Shown piece by piece: positions 20,483-29,195 of a DNA stretch of 41,875 bases; the first letter of the stretch is position 1; every line of letters starts with the position of its first letter. A model generated the notes under the pieces. That model was not told where the DNA came from, made no database searches, and worked only from the letters and a program-made list of their open reading frames with translations. The position numbers were made by a program, and so were the translations under genes. The stretch comes from Pseudomonadota bacterium (GTDB lineage Bacteria; Bdellovibrionota; FAC87; UBA2466). The stretch spans positions 1 to 41,875 of the forward strand of contig JAYSWN010000019.1 of NCBI GenBank assembly GCA_043718025.1. Reading direction: 5' to 3'.

Positions 20483-21846
20483 TCTACGGGCGGGGCGGTC
20501 TCTTCGTCTTCCTCTTCGTTGGTGAGTAACGATTTATCCATCGCCGTGTCTAAATATTTTTCCAGAAAGAGCCGAGCGACGGTTGAAGACTTAACCCGCC
20601 ATTGACTCTCGTGAACGGTGAGCACCGCGACGGCAATTTTACGATTGCCCCGCATGCCATACCCTACGAACCAGTCGCACTTACCCCTTAAAATTTCGTC
20701 TTTGAGCGATCCGGTCTTTCCGCCCACCTCGACATCGCTGGCTTTGGGTCGACGAATGTAATCGCCAAAGGCTTTTCGTGATGTGCCGCGCACCACGGTT
20801 TCACGCATGAGCAGGCGCATGTAGTCAGACGACTCTTTGCTCATCACGTCCACCAGCGGAACTGGTTTAGCCTCGTATACGGTAATCCCGGCGTCATCTT
20901 TTAAAGAGTCCACTAGGTAGGGCGCCATGAGTTTACCGCCATTGGCAACCGCCGCGGCCATCAGCGCGCCTTGCACCGGACTTAGTTGAGTCGCCCGATT
21001 AAAGCCGCTGCCCAGTTCGGCAAGCCGAAAGCTGTCTTTCTCACCGAGATCAAATCGCCCCGTCTGCACCGGAAAATCGGCCGAGAGGCCTTTGTTAAAG
21101 CGGTAACGTCCGGCGTAGGTATCCAGCTCATCGGGTCTAAGAATGAAAGCCGCAAGCTTACCAAAAACCGTATTCACCGACTTTGCAAAGGCATCGCGTA
21201 ATGACATGCTTCGCACCCAACGGTTGGTTTCATTCTCACTCAGATTTCGTTTGTAGAGAGTGTGATTTCCCCCCCTAAAAGTGATCACTGAATCAGGGGT
21301 GAGGTTATGCGCATCGATGGCGGCGGTGGCGGTGACCACCTTAAAAACACTGGCGGCCGGAAACACGGCCTTAAGGGTGAGGCTGCCGAAGTAGTGAGGC
21401 GCTCGAGAAAAAGAGCTGAGGGTAATTACCCTTCCCGTCTCCACTTCAATCGCTACCAGCGCGCCAAAATCGGGCTTGTAGAGATCGAACAGACCATCGG
21501 CGTTGGCTTGATAGCGATCGTCCACTGTATATCGCGGCACCAACTCTTTCGCCCCGGCCCAGGTGTGCAAGGTGATTCTTTCGGGAAGTTCACTGCCCTC
21601 CAAAAGATTGCGATACACGTAGGCCAGTTGCGGCCGCGTAACCGGCGCCAAGGTCTGAAAGGGAACGCGCTGAAAAACGAAACGAAGACTGAAGAACAAC
21701 GCGGTAACGGCAACTACAATACCGAGTAGCCAAATAAGGACCTGATGAACCAGATCCCAGTTGACCTTAATTAGGGTGGGACCACGCCCCTTTTTAGGCT
21801 TTGGCGAGCCTACGGGCGCGTCGACTCTGACGCGGTGTTTTGTCAT
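20458..21846 (-). CDS. Penicillin-binding transpeptidase-domain protein
   Basis: N-terminal TM anchor; SxxK (AASVFK), SxN (KSVN) and KTG (GGKTG) motifs; the 3' end overlaps hutI convergently by 25 bp. Confidence 0.9.
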   Translation of the reverse strand: MTKHRVRVDAPVGSPKPKKGRGPTLIKVNWDLVHQVLIWLLGIVVAVTALFFSLRFVFQRVPFQTLAPVTRPQLAYVYRNLLEGSELPERITLHTWAGAKELVPRYTVDDRYQANADGLFDLYKPDFGALVAIEVETGRVITLSSFSRAPHYFGSLTLKAVFPAASVFKVVTATAAIDAHNLTPDSVITFRGGNHTLYKRNLSENETNRWVRSMSLRDAFAKSVNTVFGKLAAFILRPDELDTYAGRYRFNKGLSADFPVQTGRFDLGEKDSFRLAELGSGFNRATQLSPVQGALMAAAVANGGKLMAPYLVDSLKDDAGITVYEAKPVPLVDVMSKESSDYMRLLMRETVVRGTSRKAFGDYIRRPKASDVEVGGKTGSLKDEILRGKCDWFVGYGMRGNRKIAVAVLTVHESQWRVKSSTVARLFLEKYLDTAMDKSLLTNEEEDEETAPPVDQSSSPKE

Positions 21847-21885
21847 GTTTGGTATTTAAAAGGCGCCAGGAATAGGCGTTTAGTA

Positions 21886-21894
21886 ATTATAGCA
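21886..21894 (-). promoter_or_regulatory. Consensus extended -10 promoter for the PBP gene
   Basis: TGCTATAAT, a perfect TGn-TATAAT, about 40 nt upstream of ATG 21846. Confidence 0.6.
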
Positions 21895-22037
21895 AATGGC
21901 AGAGGCGAAAGCGCGCGCTTGGCTTCAGAAAATCGTGGAGCCGGCAAAGCAGTTTACTTGAAGAAGACTGCCGCTTCGCCTCCTCCACCAAGACCGCATT
22001 CATAAACTCGATTTTAGCGTCGTCCGGATCCGTAAGT

Positions 22038-23111
22038 CTACCCGACGAGCGCCAGCATGCGCTTAAGCGCAATCAAAGCATTTGCTTTGATCTTCTCATC
22101 CAACTCCACCGTCTCCATCGTTTCGAGGTTTTCTAGGGAGTACAATAAACGCCCCAACGTAATCTGATACATCGTCAAACACAGCGAGCGATGTAATTTG
22201 GTGATGAGCCGGTCAGGGTACTGCGCCTGAAGATTTTGGATGAGGTTTAATTCGGTCGCAATAAAAATCTCGTCTCCCGGTTTGCTCTTGGCCACATATT
22301 GGCGAATGAAATCAGTACTGCCCACCGCATCGGCAAGCTTAACCACTTCATGGGGCACTTCGGGGTGAACCAAGATTTGGGCCCGCGGATAAAACTTTCG
22401 CGCCTGCTCTACATCGCGCACCGTGAATTTTTGATGAACCGGACAATAACCTCGCCACAAAATCACTCTTGCTTCGGCGTAGGCATCGGGGTCACCGCCA
22501 TCTGGCTTCTCCGGATCCCAGATCGCAATGTCGTCGGGAGAAATGCCGTACTTAATCGCCGTGTTTCTTCCCAAGTGCTCATCGGGAAGAAAGAAGATCC
22601 TTTTTGATTTCTGAAACGCCCATTCAAAAGTTTTTCCGGCGTTGCTCGAAGTGCAAATCGTGCCTTCGTGTTCACCGCAAAAAGCTTTTATCTCCGCGGT
22701 GCTATTCATGTAGGTGACGGGAATGGGAACCGCTCCACCGTCTTTCAATAAAAAGCTCCAAGCGCGACTCACTTGTTCTTGATCGGCCATGTCGGCCATC
22801 GGGCAGCCAGCCTCCGGATCGGGGTGAATCACCTTTTGCTCTGGCCGCGCCAATATGCGGGCACTTTCCGCCATGAACCGGACCCCGCAAAAGACGATGT
22901 ACTGGCCGCCGTCAAAATGCGCGGCCGATCGCGACAGGCCAAACGAGTCGCCAACAAAATCGGCAAGCTCGCCAATAATCTTGCGTTGGTAAAGGTGAGC
23001 TAAGATGCACAAATTCTTACCGTGCTCGGCCCTTAAAGTGCGCACGCGATCGGCGGCTTCGGATTCTGGCAACGCTTCCAATTCTTTGATGCGCTCTAAA
23101 TCAGGCCTCAT
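22038..23111 (-). CDS. nadA: Quinolinate synthase
   Basis: LAHLYQ, FCGVRFMAE, AGCPMADM, YMNS, CTSSNA, PDEHLGRN, GYCPVH, HPE, GST, CLTM (three Fe-S Cys). Confidence 0.96.
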   Translation of the reverse strand: MRPDLERIKELEALPESEAADRVRTLRAEHGKNLCILAHLYQRKIIGELADFVGDSFGLSRSAAHFDGGQYIVFCGVRFMAESARILARPEQKVIHPDPEAGCPMADMADQEQVSRAWSFLLKDGGAVPIPVTYMNSTAEIKAFCGEHEGTICTSSNAGKTFEWAFQKSKRIFFLPDEHLGRNTAIKYGISPDDIAIWDPEKPDGGDPDAYAEARVILWRGYCPVHQKFTVRDVEQARKFYPRAQILVHPEVPHEVVKLADAVGSTDFIRQYVAKSKPGDEIFIATELNLIQNLQAQYPDRLITKLHRSLCLTMYQITLGRLLYSLENLETMETVELDEKIKANALIALKRMLALVG

Positions 23112-24703
23112 CGCGCCGACTCCTCCCGCTGGTAACAGCCGAGCGAAACGCGATTACGCTGACAGGCTTCAACGATAAGTTGCGACACCAGGGTGGCGTG
23201 CCGCAGCCCAATCAGCTCATCGCTTAAGTGGGCATTGCGATAAAAAGTTTCGATGCCTCTTTGCAGCTCATTGAGAATCCCATCGGCGCGCGCCAGACGT
23301 TCTTCATTTTTCATTAAACCGGCGTAATTCCACATCGTGTGTTTGAGCGTCATCCAGTCTTGCTGCAAGAACGAAGGATCGACTTTTTGCGACTCCGACT
23401 TCCACGGCAAAACCTCAGGAAATGTGGTGTCCGCTTGGCCATAGAGCCGGTTGTGAATGGCTTGGGCAGCGCGGTGGCCAAACACCAGCCCTTCAAGCAG
23501 CGAAGTGCTCGCCAGGCGGTTAGCGCCGTGCAAACCGGTGCACGCCACTTCTCCTACCGCCCACAAACCCTCGACCGAAGTTTGGCCGTCGAGATCCGTC
23601 CACACCCCACCGCAATGATAGTGAGCACCGGGTACCACCGGTATCGGCTGAGTAGTGATATCGATGCCGTGACTTAAGCAGCTGCGGTAGACAAAGGGAA
23701 ACCGCTCTTTGATCCAAGCCGGATCCTTATGGCTGATGTCGAGGTAGACGCAAGGCACACCGGTCGCAAGCATTTCTTCGTGAATGGCGCGGGCCACTTT
23801 ATCGCGCGGCCCCAACTCCGGAACTTCAAACTCCGGCAACCGATCTTTAATAAAATGGTGTCCGGCAGCATTGACCAGTTTGCCCCCCTCACCACGCAAC
23901 GCCTCCGAAACCAAAAAACGCTGTGCCTTAGGGTGATAAAAAGTGGTGGGGTGAAATTGCACGTACTCAAGATTCGCTAACCTCGCGCCCGCACGATAAG
24001 CCAGCGCGATGCCGTCACCACGGGAGTATTTGCTATTGGTGTTGTGCAAAAAGAGTTGGCCGATGCCGCCCGTGGCGAGCACCGTTTCATGGGCGAGAAT
24101 GGGGTAGGTCTCACCGCTGTTTTGATCGAAGACAAAACTTCCTAAGCAGCGCGCGCCCTCAAAACGAACCGCCGGATCGGCGGCGTGATAAGACGTCATC
24201 AAAAGATTAACCGCGGTGGTATTGGTTAAAAAATGAATGTTTCCTAACTTTTTAGCGTACTCAAGCAACCGCTCTTCAATCGCCAAACCCGATTCATCGC
24301 CCCGGTGTAAAATTCTATCGACGCTGTGGGCGCCTTCGCGGGTGAGGCGAAAGTTGCCTTCTTCTTCTTTATCGAAGGGCACGGCCGCTTTTTCGATGAG
24401 CAAGTCTTTGACCAGTTCGGGTCCTTCCATGGCCACCATGCGCACGGCGGGCAAATAGTTGATGTGCGCGCCCGCTTCCCACACGTCGGTGATCAGCTGC
24501 TCAGCGTCGTTGCCGGCCACCGCCTGAAAAATAATCCCCCCTTGAGCGCGCCAGCTATTGGTGTCGTAAAGGTTTTGAGCGGCAGTGATTACCAAGACGT
24601 TTCGCCCTTGTTCGGCAAGTTTGATTGCGGCGGTCAGCCCCGCGATACCGCTACCGAGAATGAGGCAATCGGTGGAGCGGGGTTTTGCGCTCGAGTGGCT
24701 CAT
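23108..24703 (-). CDS. nadB: L-aspartate oxidase
   Basis: GSGIAGL, NSWRAQGGI, TREGAHS..RILH, QFHPT, SEALRGEG, PRDKVARAI, AHYHCGG, GLHGANRLASTSLLE. Confidence 0.97.
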   Translation of the reverse strand: MSHSSAKPRSTDCLILGSGIAGLTAAIKLAEQGRNVLVITAAQNLYDTNSWRAQGGIIFQAVAGNDAEQLITDVWEAGAHINYLPAVRMVAMEGPELVKDLLIEKAAVPFDKEEEGNFRLTREGAHSVDRILHRGDESGLAIEERLLEYAKKLGNIHFLTNTTAVNLLMTSYHAADPAVRFEGARCLGSFVFDQNSGETYPILAHETVLATGGIGQLFLHNTNSKYSRGDGIALAYRAGARLANLEYVQFHPTTFYHPKAQRFLVSEALRGEGGKLVNAAGHHFIKDRLPEFEVPELGPRDKVARAIHEEMLATGVPCVYLDISHKDPAWIKERFPFVYRSCLSHGIDITTQPIPVVPGAHYHCGGVWTDLDGQTSVEGLWAVGEVACTGLHGANRLASTSLLEGLVFGHRAAQAIHNRLYGQADTTFPEVLPWKSESQKVDPSFLQQDWMTLKHTMWNYAGLMKNEERLARADGILNELQRGIETFYRNAHLSDELIGLRHATLVSQLIVEACQRNRVSLGCYQREESAR

Positions 24704-25533
24704 AACCTCTCCACGAAATCGAGTGAGATGTCTAACGCCTTTGCTGAGTGAGTGAGCGCGCCGACGCTTACGTAATTTACGCCAGTTTCGGCAATTGCCC
24801 GAACTAACTCTAAAGTAACCCCGCCGGAGGCTTCGGTTTCACATTGTTCATTTACGATGCGTACCGCTTTGGCCAAGTCGGCGAGATTAAAATTATCGAT
24901 GAGAATGATGTCGGGTCGCGCCGCCAACGCCCGCTCTAACCCCGCAAAATCTTGAATCTCGATTTCGATGCGGTGAAGCGGCGAACGTGAGGCCTTGGCC
25001 AGCCCCACAATCTCAGCTTCAGTACCCCACGCTTGATGATTCTCTTTAATTAAAATTCCATCGCTTAGCGAACGCCGGTGAATTCGTCCGCCGCCGGCCA
25101 CCACCGCGGGCAGCTGCAATGGGCGTAGGCCGGGCAACGTTTTTCTGGTGGCGAGGATCGTAGTCGGTAAATTTCCCACTCTAGATACAAATTCGGCGGT
25201 GAGCGTGGCCACTCCACAACTGAGCGCGAGGCCATTGATAAGGGTTCGTTCGGCGCGAAGAATTTCGCCGGCCGGTCCCGCTATTTTCACGATCACATCG
25301 TTTGCGGCGAGTTGCGTCCCTTCGGTAACGGAAGTTTCCAGTTTCAATCCGCCGCCCCAAACGCGCGCAAATGACTCAACGTACTCGCGCCCCGAGAACA
25401 CCCCTGGTCGCTTGGCTTTGAGCACCGCCTGAGCCGTGGTTCGTTGGCGCAGGCCCAATAACGCCGTGGTGACGTCGGCCGTGACGTCATCCTCTTCTAG
25501 AGCACGTTGTATCAGTAATTCCAATGGGTTCAT
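24700..25533 (-). CDS. nadC: Nicotinate-nucleotide diphosphorylase (quinolinate phosphoribosyltransferase)
   Basis: ALEED...DVTT, AERT, TRKTLPGLR, HR...SD.ILIKENH, IDNF, EASGG, SVGALTHS. Confidence 0.96.
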   Translation of the reverse strand: MNPLELLIQRALEEDDVTADVTTALLGLRQRTTAQAVLKAKRPGVFSGREYVESFARVWGGGLKLETSVTEGTQLAANDVIVKIAGPAGEILRAERTLINGLALSCGVATLTAEFVSRVGNLPTTILATRKTLPGLRPLQLPAVVAGGGRIHRRSLSDGILIKENHQAWGTEAEIVGLAKASRSPLHRIEIEIQDFAGLERALAARPDIILIDNFNLADLAKAVRIVNEQCETEASGGVTLELVRAIAETGVNYVSVGALTHSAKALDISLDFVERL

Positions 25534-25581
25534 GGCGAGCTGGGTTTAACACAAAAGCCCGGACGACGCTCGGACGGTTTT

Positions 25582-26226
25582 TTAAGAGGTTTTGCGCTGG
25601 GCCGGTAGCCACGACTTGAAAGAAAGGCCTCTAGCGGCGAACAACTTTTCGAGCCAGCCCGAGGCCACGATAATTCCCACTCCCCCTAAGATATCAACAA
25701 AGTAGTGCTGTTTGGTGGTTAGAGTTGAAATGAAAATCGCAATGGTCCAAGCCAACGAAATGAGAAATACCGGCCGCGTTTTCGCGCGTAGATTCCACAT
25801 GCAGATTCCGGTAAGGGCAACGTGCATGCTGGGAAAACAGTTAGTTGGCATGTCGCCGACCTTCACGCAGTACATGGCGAGCGTAAGGAGATAGCTAGAA
25901 ACCTCGGGATATTCAGGCCGCGGGTAGGTGGTGGGAAAAAAAATGAAAAACGCCCCACACATCACCAAGGCGGCAAACATCTGGCGGGCAAAGGCGTGAA
26001 ATTCATCGCCATGCAGGGCGAGAATGGCCAGATAGATGAAAAGATAGTCAGAAAGGTAAATCAGAAAGGTCCACGGCAAAAAGGGCGTGGCGGTATCTAT
26101 CGCCAGTTTCGGCAACATGACCGGCTGAAAAAAGGGGAAAAAGTTGGGTACGACGTAAAACAGAAGGTAGCCCACCGCGAAAAGTAGGAACAGAGCGACT
26201 TTCGTTTTCGGATTGGTCTTGACCAT
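25582..26226 (-). CDS. PAP2-superfamily membrane phosphatase/phosphotransferase
   Basis: Multiple TM segments; CFPSMH and TTKQHYFVD motifs. Confidence 0.85.
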   Translation of the reverse strand: MVKTNPKTKVALFLLFAVGYLLFYVVPNFFPFFQPVMLPKLAIDTATPFLPWTFLIYLSDYLFIYLAILALHGDEFHAFARQMFAALVMCGAFFIFFPTTYPRPEYPEVSSYLLTLAMYCVKVGDMPTNCFPSMHVALTGICMWNLRAKTRPVFLISLAWTIAIFISTLTTKQHYFVDILGGVGIIVASGWLEKLFAARGLSFKSWLPAQRKTS

Positions 26227-26285
26227 GAAAGAGCTAATTTAATACAAATCTGATGCGATTGGTCAAAAAATTTGTTGGAGCCCCC

Positions 26286-26930
26286 ATGAAGTGGACTGAG
26301 AATTCTAAGTTAATTGAGGCCCTGAGCTGGCGCTACGCGGTTAAGAAGTTTGACGCGACAAAAAAAATCGCCGAAACTGACTGGAACACCCTAGAACAGG
26401 CCATGTGGCTGAGCGCCTCATCGTTCGGCCTGCAACCTTGGAAGTTTTTGGGCATAAAAAGCCCTGAAATTCGAAAAAAATTACGACCGGTCAGTTGGAA
26501 TCAAAGCCAAGTCGAAGAGGCTTCTCATTTTGTCGTTTTTGCGGCCAAAACGTCAATGGATGAGGCCTATGTTTCTCAATTTATCCAAACAGTTGCCCAG
26601 GTGCGGGCGGTGCCCGCCGAAACCTTTTCTGGCTACCAGAAAGCGATCAACGGCTTCGTAAGTGCCGTTCCCAAAGAGCAAATTATCCATTGGAATAGCC
26701 GACAAACCTATTTGGCTTTAGGCAATCTGCTGACTTCGGCCGCAATTTTAGGTATTGATGCCTGCCCTATGGAAGGAATGGACCCCAAACAGTACGATAG
26801 CATTCTGGGCCTCGGCGTTGATTACGCTACGGTTTGCGGCTGTGCGTTGGGATACCGGAGTGCGGAAGATAAGTACTCTTCTACAGCAAAGGTAAGATTC
26901 CCCAAGACTCTTGTGTTTGATTACCGGTAA
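26286..26930 (+). CDS. Nitroreductase family NAD(P)H-dependent oxidoreductase
   Basis: WRYAVKKFD, SASSFGLQPWKF, NQSQV, IDACPMEG, LGYR, KVR. ATG 26286 is preceded by GGAG; the ORF track starts at 26253. Confidence 0.92.
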   Translation: MKWTENSKLIEALSWRYAVKKFDATKKIAETDWNTLEQAMWLSASSFGLQPWKFLGIKSPEIRKKLRPVSWNQSQVEEASHFVVFAAKTSMDEAYVSQFIQTVAQVRAVPAETFSGYQKAINGFVSAVPKEQIIHWNSRQTYLALGNLLTSAAILGIDACPMEGMDPKQYDSILGLGVDYATVCGCALGYRSAEDKYSSTAKVRFPKTLVFDYR

Positions 26931-26938
26931 AAGGATAT

Positions 26939-27391
26939 ATGACCAAACTTTATGATACCCCCCGCGTTGGGGGAGATGCTCTCTCCTGGTGCACCAAATG
27001 TAAGATGGATCTGGCCCATGTCGTCGTTTCGATGATGGGTTCCCGGCCCGCCAAAGTCATTTGTAAGACCTGCAAGAGCCAGCACAACTTCCGTGGCACC
27101 AAGGCTGACGCCAACCTGCCCGGAATGCCCCGTAAGACCTCGAAACCCCGGACTACCGTACCTAAAGCTGTCGTTCGCGCCGCCGACTATTGGGAAAAGA
27201 AGGTTGCCGAAAAATCAGCCGCAACCCTGGTTCCTTACACCCCAAAAACGGACTTCATATTGGGCGACGTGATCAAACACGCTCATTTTGGCGTAGGCAT
27301 AGTCGAAGAGGTGCGAAAAGGCGGCAAGATGGTTGTCCTTTTCCGCGAAGGCGACAAGCTGCTCGTTTTTGGTATGGGCAAAACGGCATAG
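26939..27391 (+). CDS. Hypothetical protein: Zn-ribbon plus C-terminal Tudor/SH3-like domain
   Basis: AAGGA RBS; CTKC...H...CKTC..QH; basic linker; FILGDVIKHAHFGVGIVEEV...FREGDKLL. Confidence 0.82.
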   Translation: MTKLYDTPRVGGDALSWCTKCKMDLAHVVVSMMGSRPAKVICKTCKSQHNFRGTKADANLPGMPRKTSKPRTTVPKAVVRAADYWEKKVAEKSAATLVPYTPKTDFILGDVIKHAHFGVGIVEEVRKGGKMVVLFREGDKLLVFGMGKTA

Positions 27392-27543
27392 TTTTAGACT
27401 ATCTCGATTATAAAAATTATTAATGATCCCAATTCCCGATCACTCGGGTACTTTAACGCTTAGTGATAACACGTCGCATGGGTATGAGTGTTATCGCTTC
27501 TTTATTGGGGGTTTCATTAAAATGGGTACCGAGATTTGGAACT
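27390..27543 (+). ncRNA. Candidate structured RNA (family unassigned)
   Basis: Nested complementary segments found by eye: 27390-97/27536-43, 27401-06/27530-35, 27420-26/27514-20, 27427-33/27504-10, and hairpins 27435-48 and 27462-98. G-U pairs favour the + strand. Confidence 0.4.
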
Positions 27544-27705
27544 GACGTTTCCGTCTGTTCGCTTGTAAATTTTTCATGTTTGCCTGCGCTGAACATTTTA
27601 TCCGTCATTGCGGGCTGGGTAGTAGTGCGCCAAGTTTTGCCGGTAAAGTAAATGCGAAACGCCGACGGATCACTTGGGCCCTAGCCTCACTCTGACCAAT
27701 GAACT

Positions 27706-28404
27706 TTAATGTTCACCTAGATAGGCTTTTTTCACCACGTCATTGCTAAGCAAAGTTTCTGACTTGTCCGTAAACACCACTTCGCCCACTTCAAGCACAT
27801 AGCCGCGGGTTGAAATGCTGAGCGCCGCCCGAGCGTTTTGTTCAACTAACAGAACCGTAGTTCCCGACTGATTGATCTTACGGATAATATCGAAAATAAC
27901 TTTGGTGATCTGCGGCGCCAGCCCCAACGAAGGCTCGTCGAGCAACAACAAACGCGGCTTCGACAACAACGCCCGGCTGATTGCCAGCATTTGCTGCTCG
28001 CCACCCGACAACGTACCCGCCACCTGCTCTAAACGCTCTTTCAACCGGGGAAACAGCGTGTAGACCTCGTCGTAGTCTGAAGTGGTTGCTTTGCGGATGT
28101 AGGCGCCCATCTTTAGGTTTTCGAGCACGGTAAGATTGGCAAAAATTCCGCGCCGTTCAGGCACGTGAGATACCCCGAGCTTTACGATTTCGTGCGCCTT
28201 CAACTTGGAGAGGTCTTTACCTTCGAAAAAGCAGCCACCGCGCGACGCTTTAAGCAGACCGGAGATGGCCCGAAGCGTAGTGGTCTTGCCGGCGCCGTTG
28301 GCGCCAATTAAGGCCACCGTCTCACCAGCCTCCACTTTAAGCGTCACGCCGCGAAGGGCGGAGATGGGGCCATAACAGACTTCTAAATCTTTGAGCTCTA
28401 GCAC
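27706..28404 (-). CDS. livF: Branched-chain amino acid ABC transporter ATP-binding protein
   Basis: GANGAGKTT, LSGGEQQML, LLLDEPSLGLAP, LLVEQN, AYLG. GTG start. Confidence 0.93.
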   Translation of the reverse strand: MLELKDLEVCYGPISALRGVTLKVEAGETVALIGANGAGKTTTLRAISGLLKASRGGCFFEGKDLSKLKAHEIVKLGVSHVPERRGIFANLTVLENLKMGAYIRKATTSDYDEVYTLFPRLKERLEQVAGTLSGGEQQMLAISRALLSKPRLLLLDEPSLGLAPQITKVIFDIIRKINQSGTTVLLVEQNARAALSISTRGYVLEVGEVVFTDKSETLLSNDVVKKAYLGEH

Positions 28405-29186
28405 GGGGCGGCTCCCAAATAGGCTTCAATGACCTTTGGGTTTTGTTGAATCTCACGCGGCAAACCGGCCGCGATGCACTCGCCGTGATCAAGCACGGTA
28501 ATGGTTTCGCAAATTCCCATGATGAGCTTCATGTCGTGATCGATTAATAAAATGCTGACCGGAAACTTCTTGCGAATGTCGGCGATAGTATTCATCAGAG
28601 AAACTTTTTCTCCGGAGTTCATCCCGGCGGCGGGCTCGTCTAAAAGAAGTAGGCTTGGGTCAGTGGCCAAGGCCCGAGCAATCTCCAGGCGGCGCTGATC
28701 GCCGTAGGAAAGATTCATCGCTAGGTCATCGATGCGGGCGTGCAGCCCCATGAGGTAAATCAAGTGGCGGGCCTTCTCGGCCATCTCCGCTTCAACGCGA
28801 TGAAATTTTTTGGTGTGCAAAATAGCGTCGAAATAGCCGTACTGCACCCGCATGTGATTGGAGAGTAGCACGTTGTCTAAGACGGACAGCTGACTCAGCA
28901 GGCGAATATTTTGAAACGTGCGAGCCACGCCGATTTTAGCAATTTTGAACGAGGGTAAGCCGATTAACGAAACACCGTTCAAAGTTAACGAGCCAGTGTC
29001 GGCCGGATAAACCCCGGTGATGAGGTTGAAGATCGTGGTTTTTCCCGCGCCGTTGGGACCGATTAAACCACACAACTGGCCGGGCTGAATTTCGAGCGAA
29101 AAGCCGTTTACCGCGCGCAAGCCACCAAAGCTGATACCCAAGCCATTGGCTTTGAACAGTCCGCCTTTTTTCGCTACCTCACTCAA
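28398..29186 (-). CDS. livG: Branched-chain amino acid ABC transporter ATP-binding protein
   Basis: GPNGAGKTT, ARTFQNIRL, LSYGDQRRLEIARALA, LDEPAAG, IDHDM, VIEAYLG. TTG start. Confidence 0.93.
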   Translation of the reverse strand: MSEVAKKGGLFKANGLGISFGGLRAVNGFSLEIQPGQLCGLIGPNGAGKTTIFNLITGVYPADTGSLTLNGVSLIGLPSFKIAKIGVARTFQNIRLLSQLSVLDNVLLSNHMRVQYGYFDAILHTKKFHRVEAEMAEKARHLIYLMGLHARIDDLAMNLSYGDQRRLEIARALATDPSLLLLDEPAAGMNSGEKVSLMNTIADIRKKFPVSILLIDHDMKLIMGICETITVLDHGECIAAGLPREIQQNPKVIEAYLGAAPC

Positions 29187-29195
29187 ACCGCATCC

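Noticed and set aside
21887..22072. 61-aa minus-strand ORF between nadA and the PBP gene
   Set aside because: It overlaps the nadA 3' end and the PBP promoter, with no RBS or motif.
25534..25581. Possible NAD riboswitch or operator upstream of nadC
   Set aside because: The gap is only 48 bp, with no convincing structure or palindrome.
27391..27402. GTTTTAGACTAT resembles the start of type II CRISPR repeats (GTTTTAGAGCTAT)
   Set aside because: It is a single copy, with no repeat-spacer periodicity and no cas gene in the window.
27453..27651. Small antiparallel ORFs in the intergenic gap (+ strand 62 aa at 27463-27651; - strand 51 aa at 27608-27453)
   Set aside because: There is no clear RBS or recognisable motif, and the extensive base-pairing explains the region better. 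Not fully excluded.
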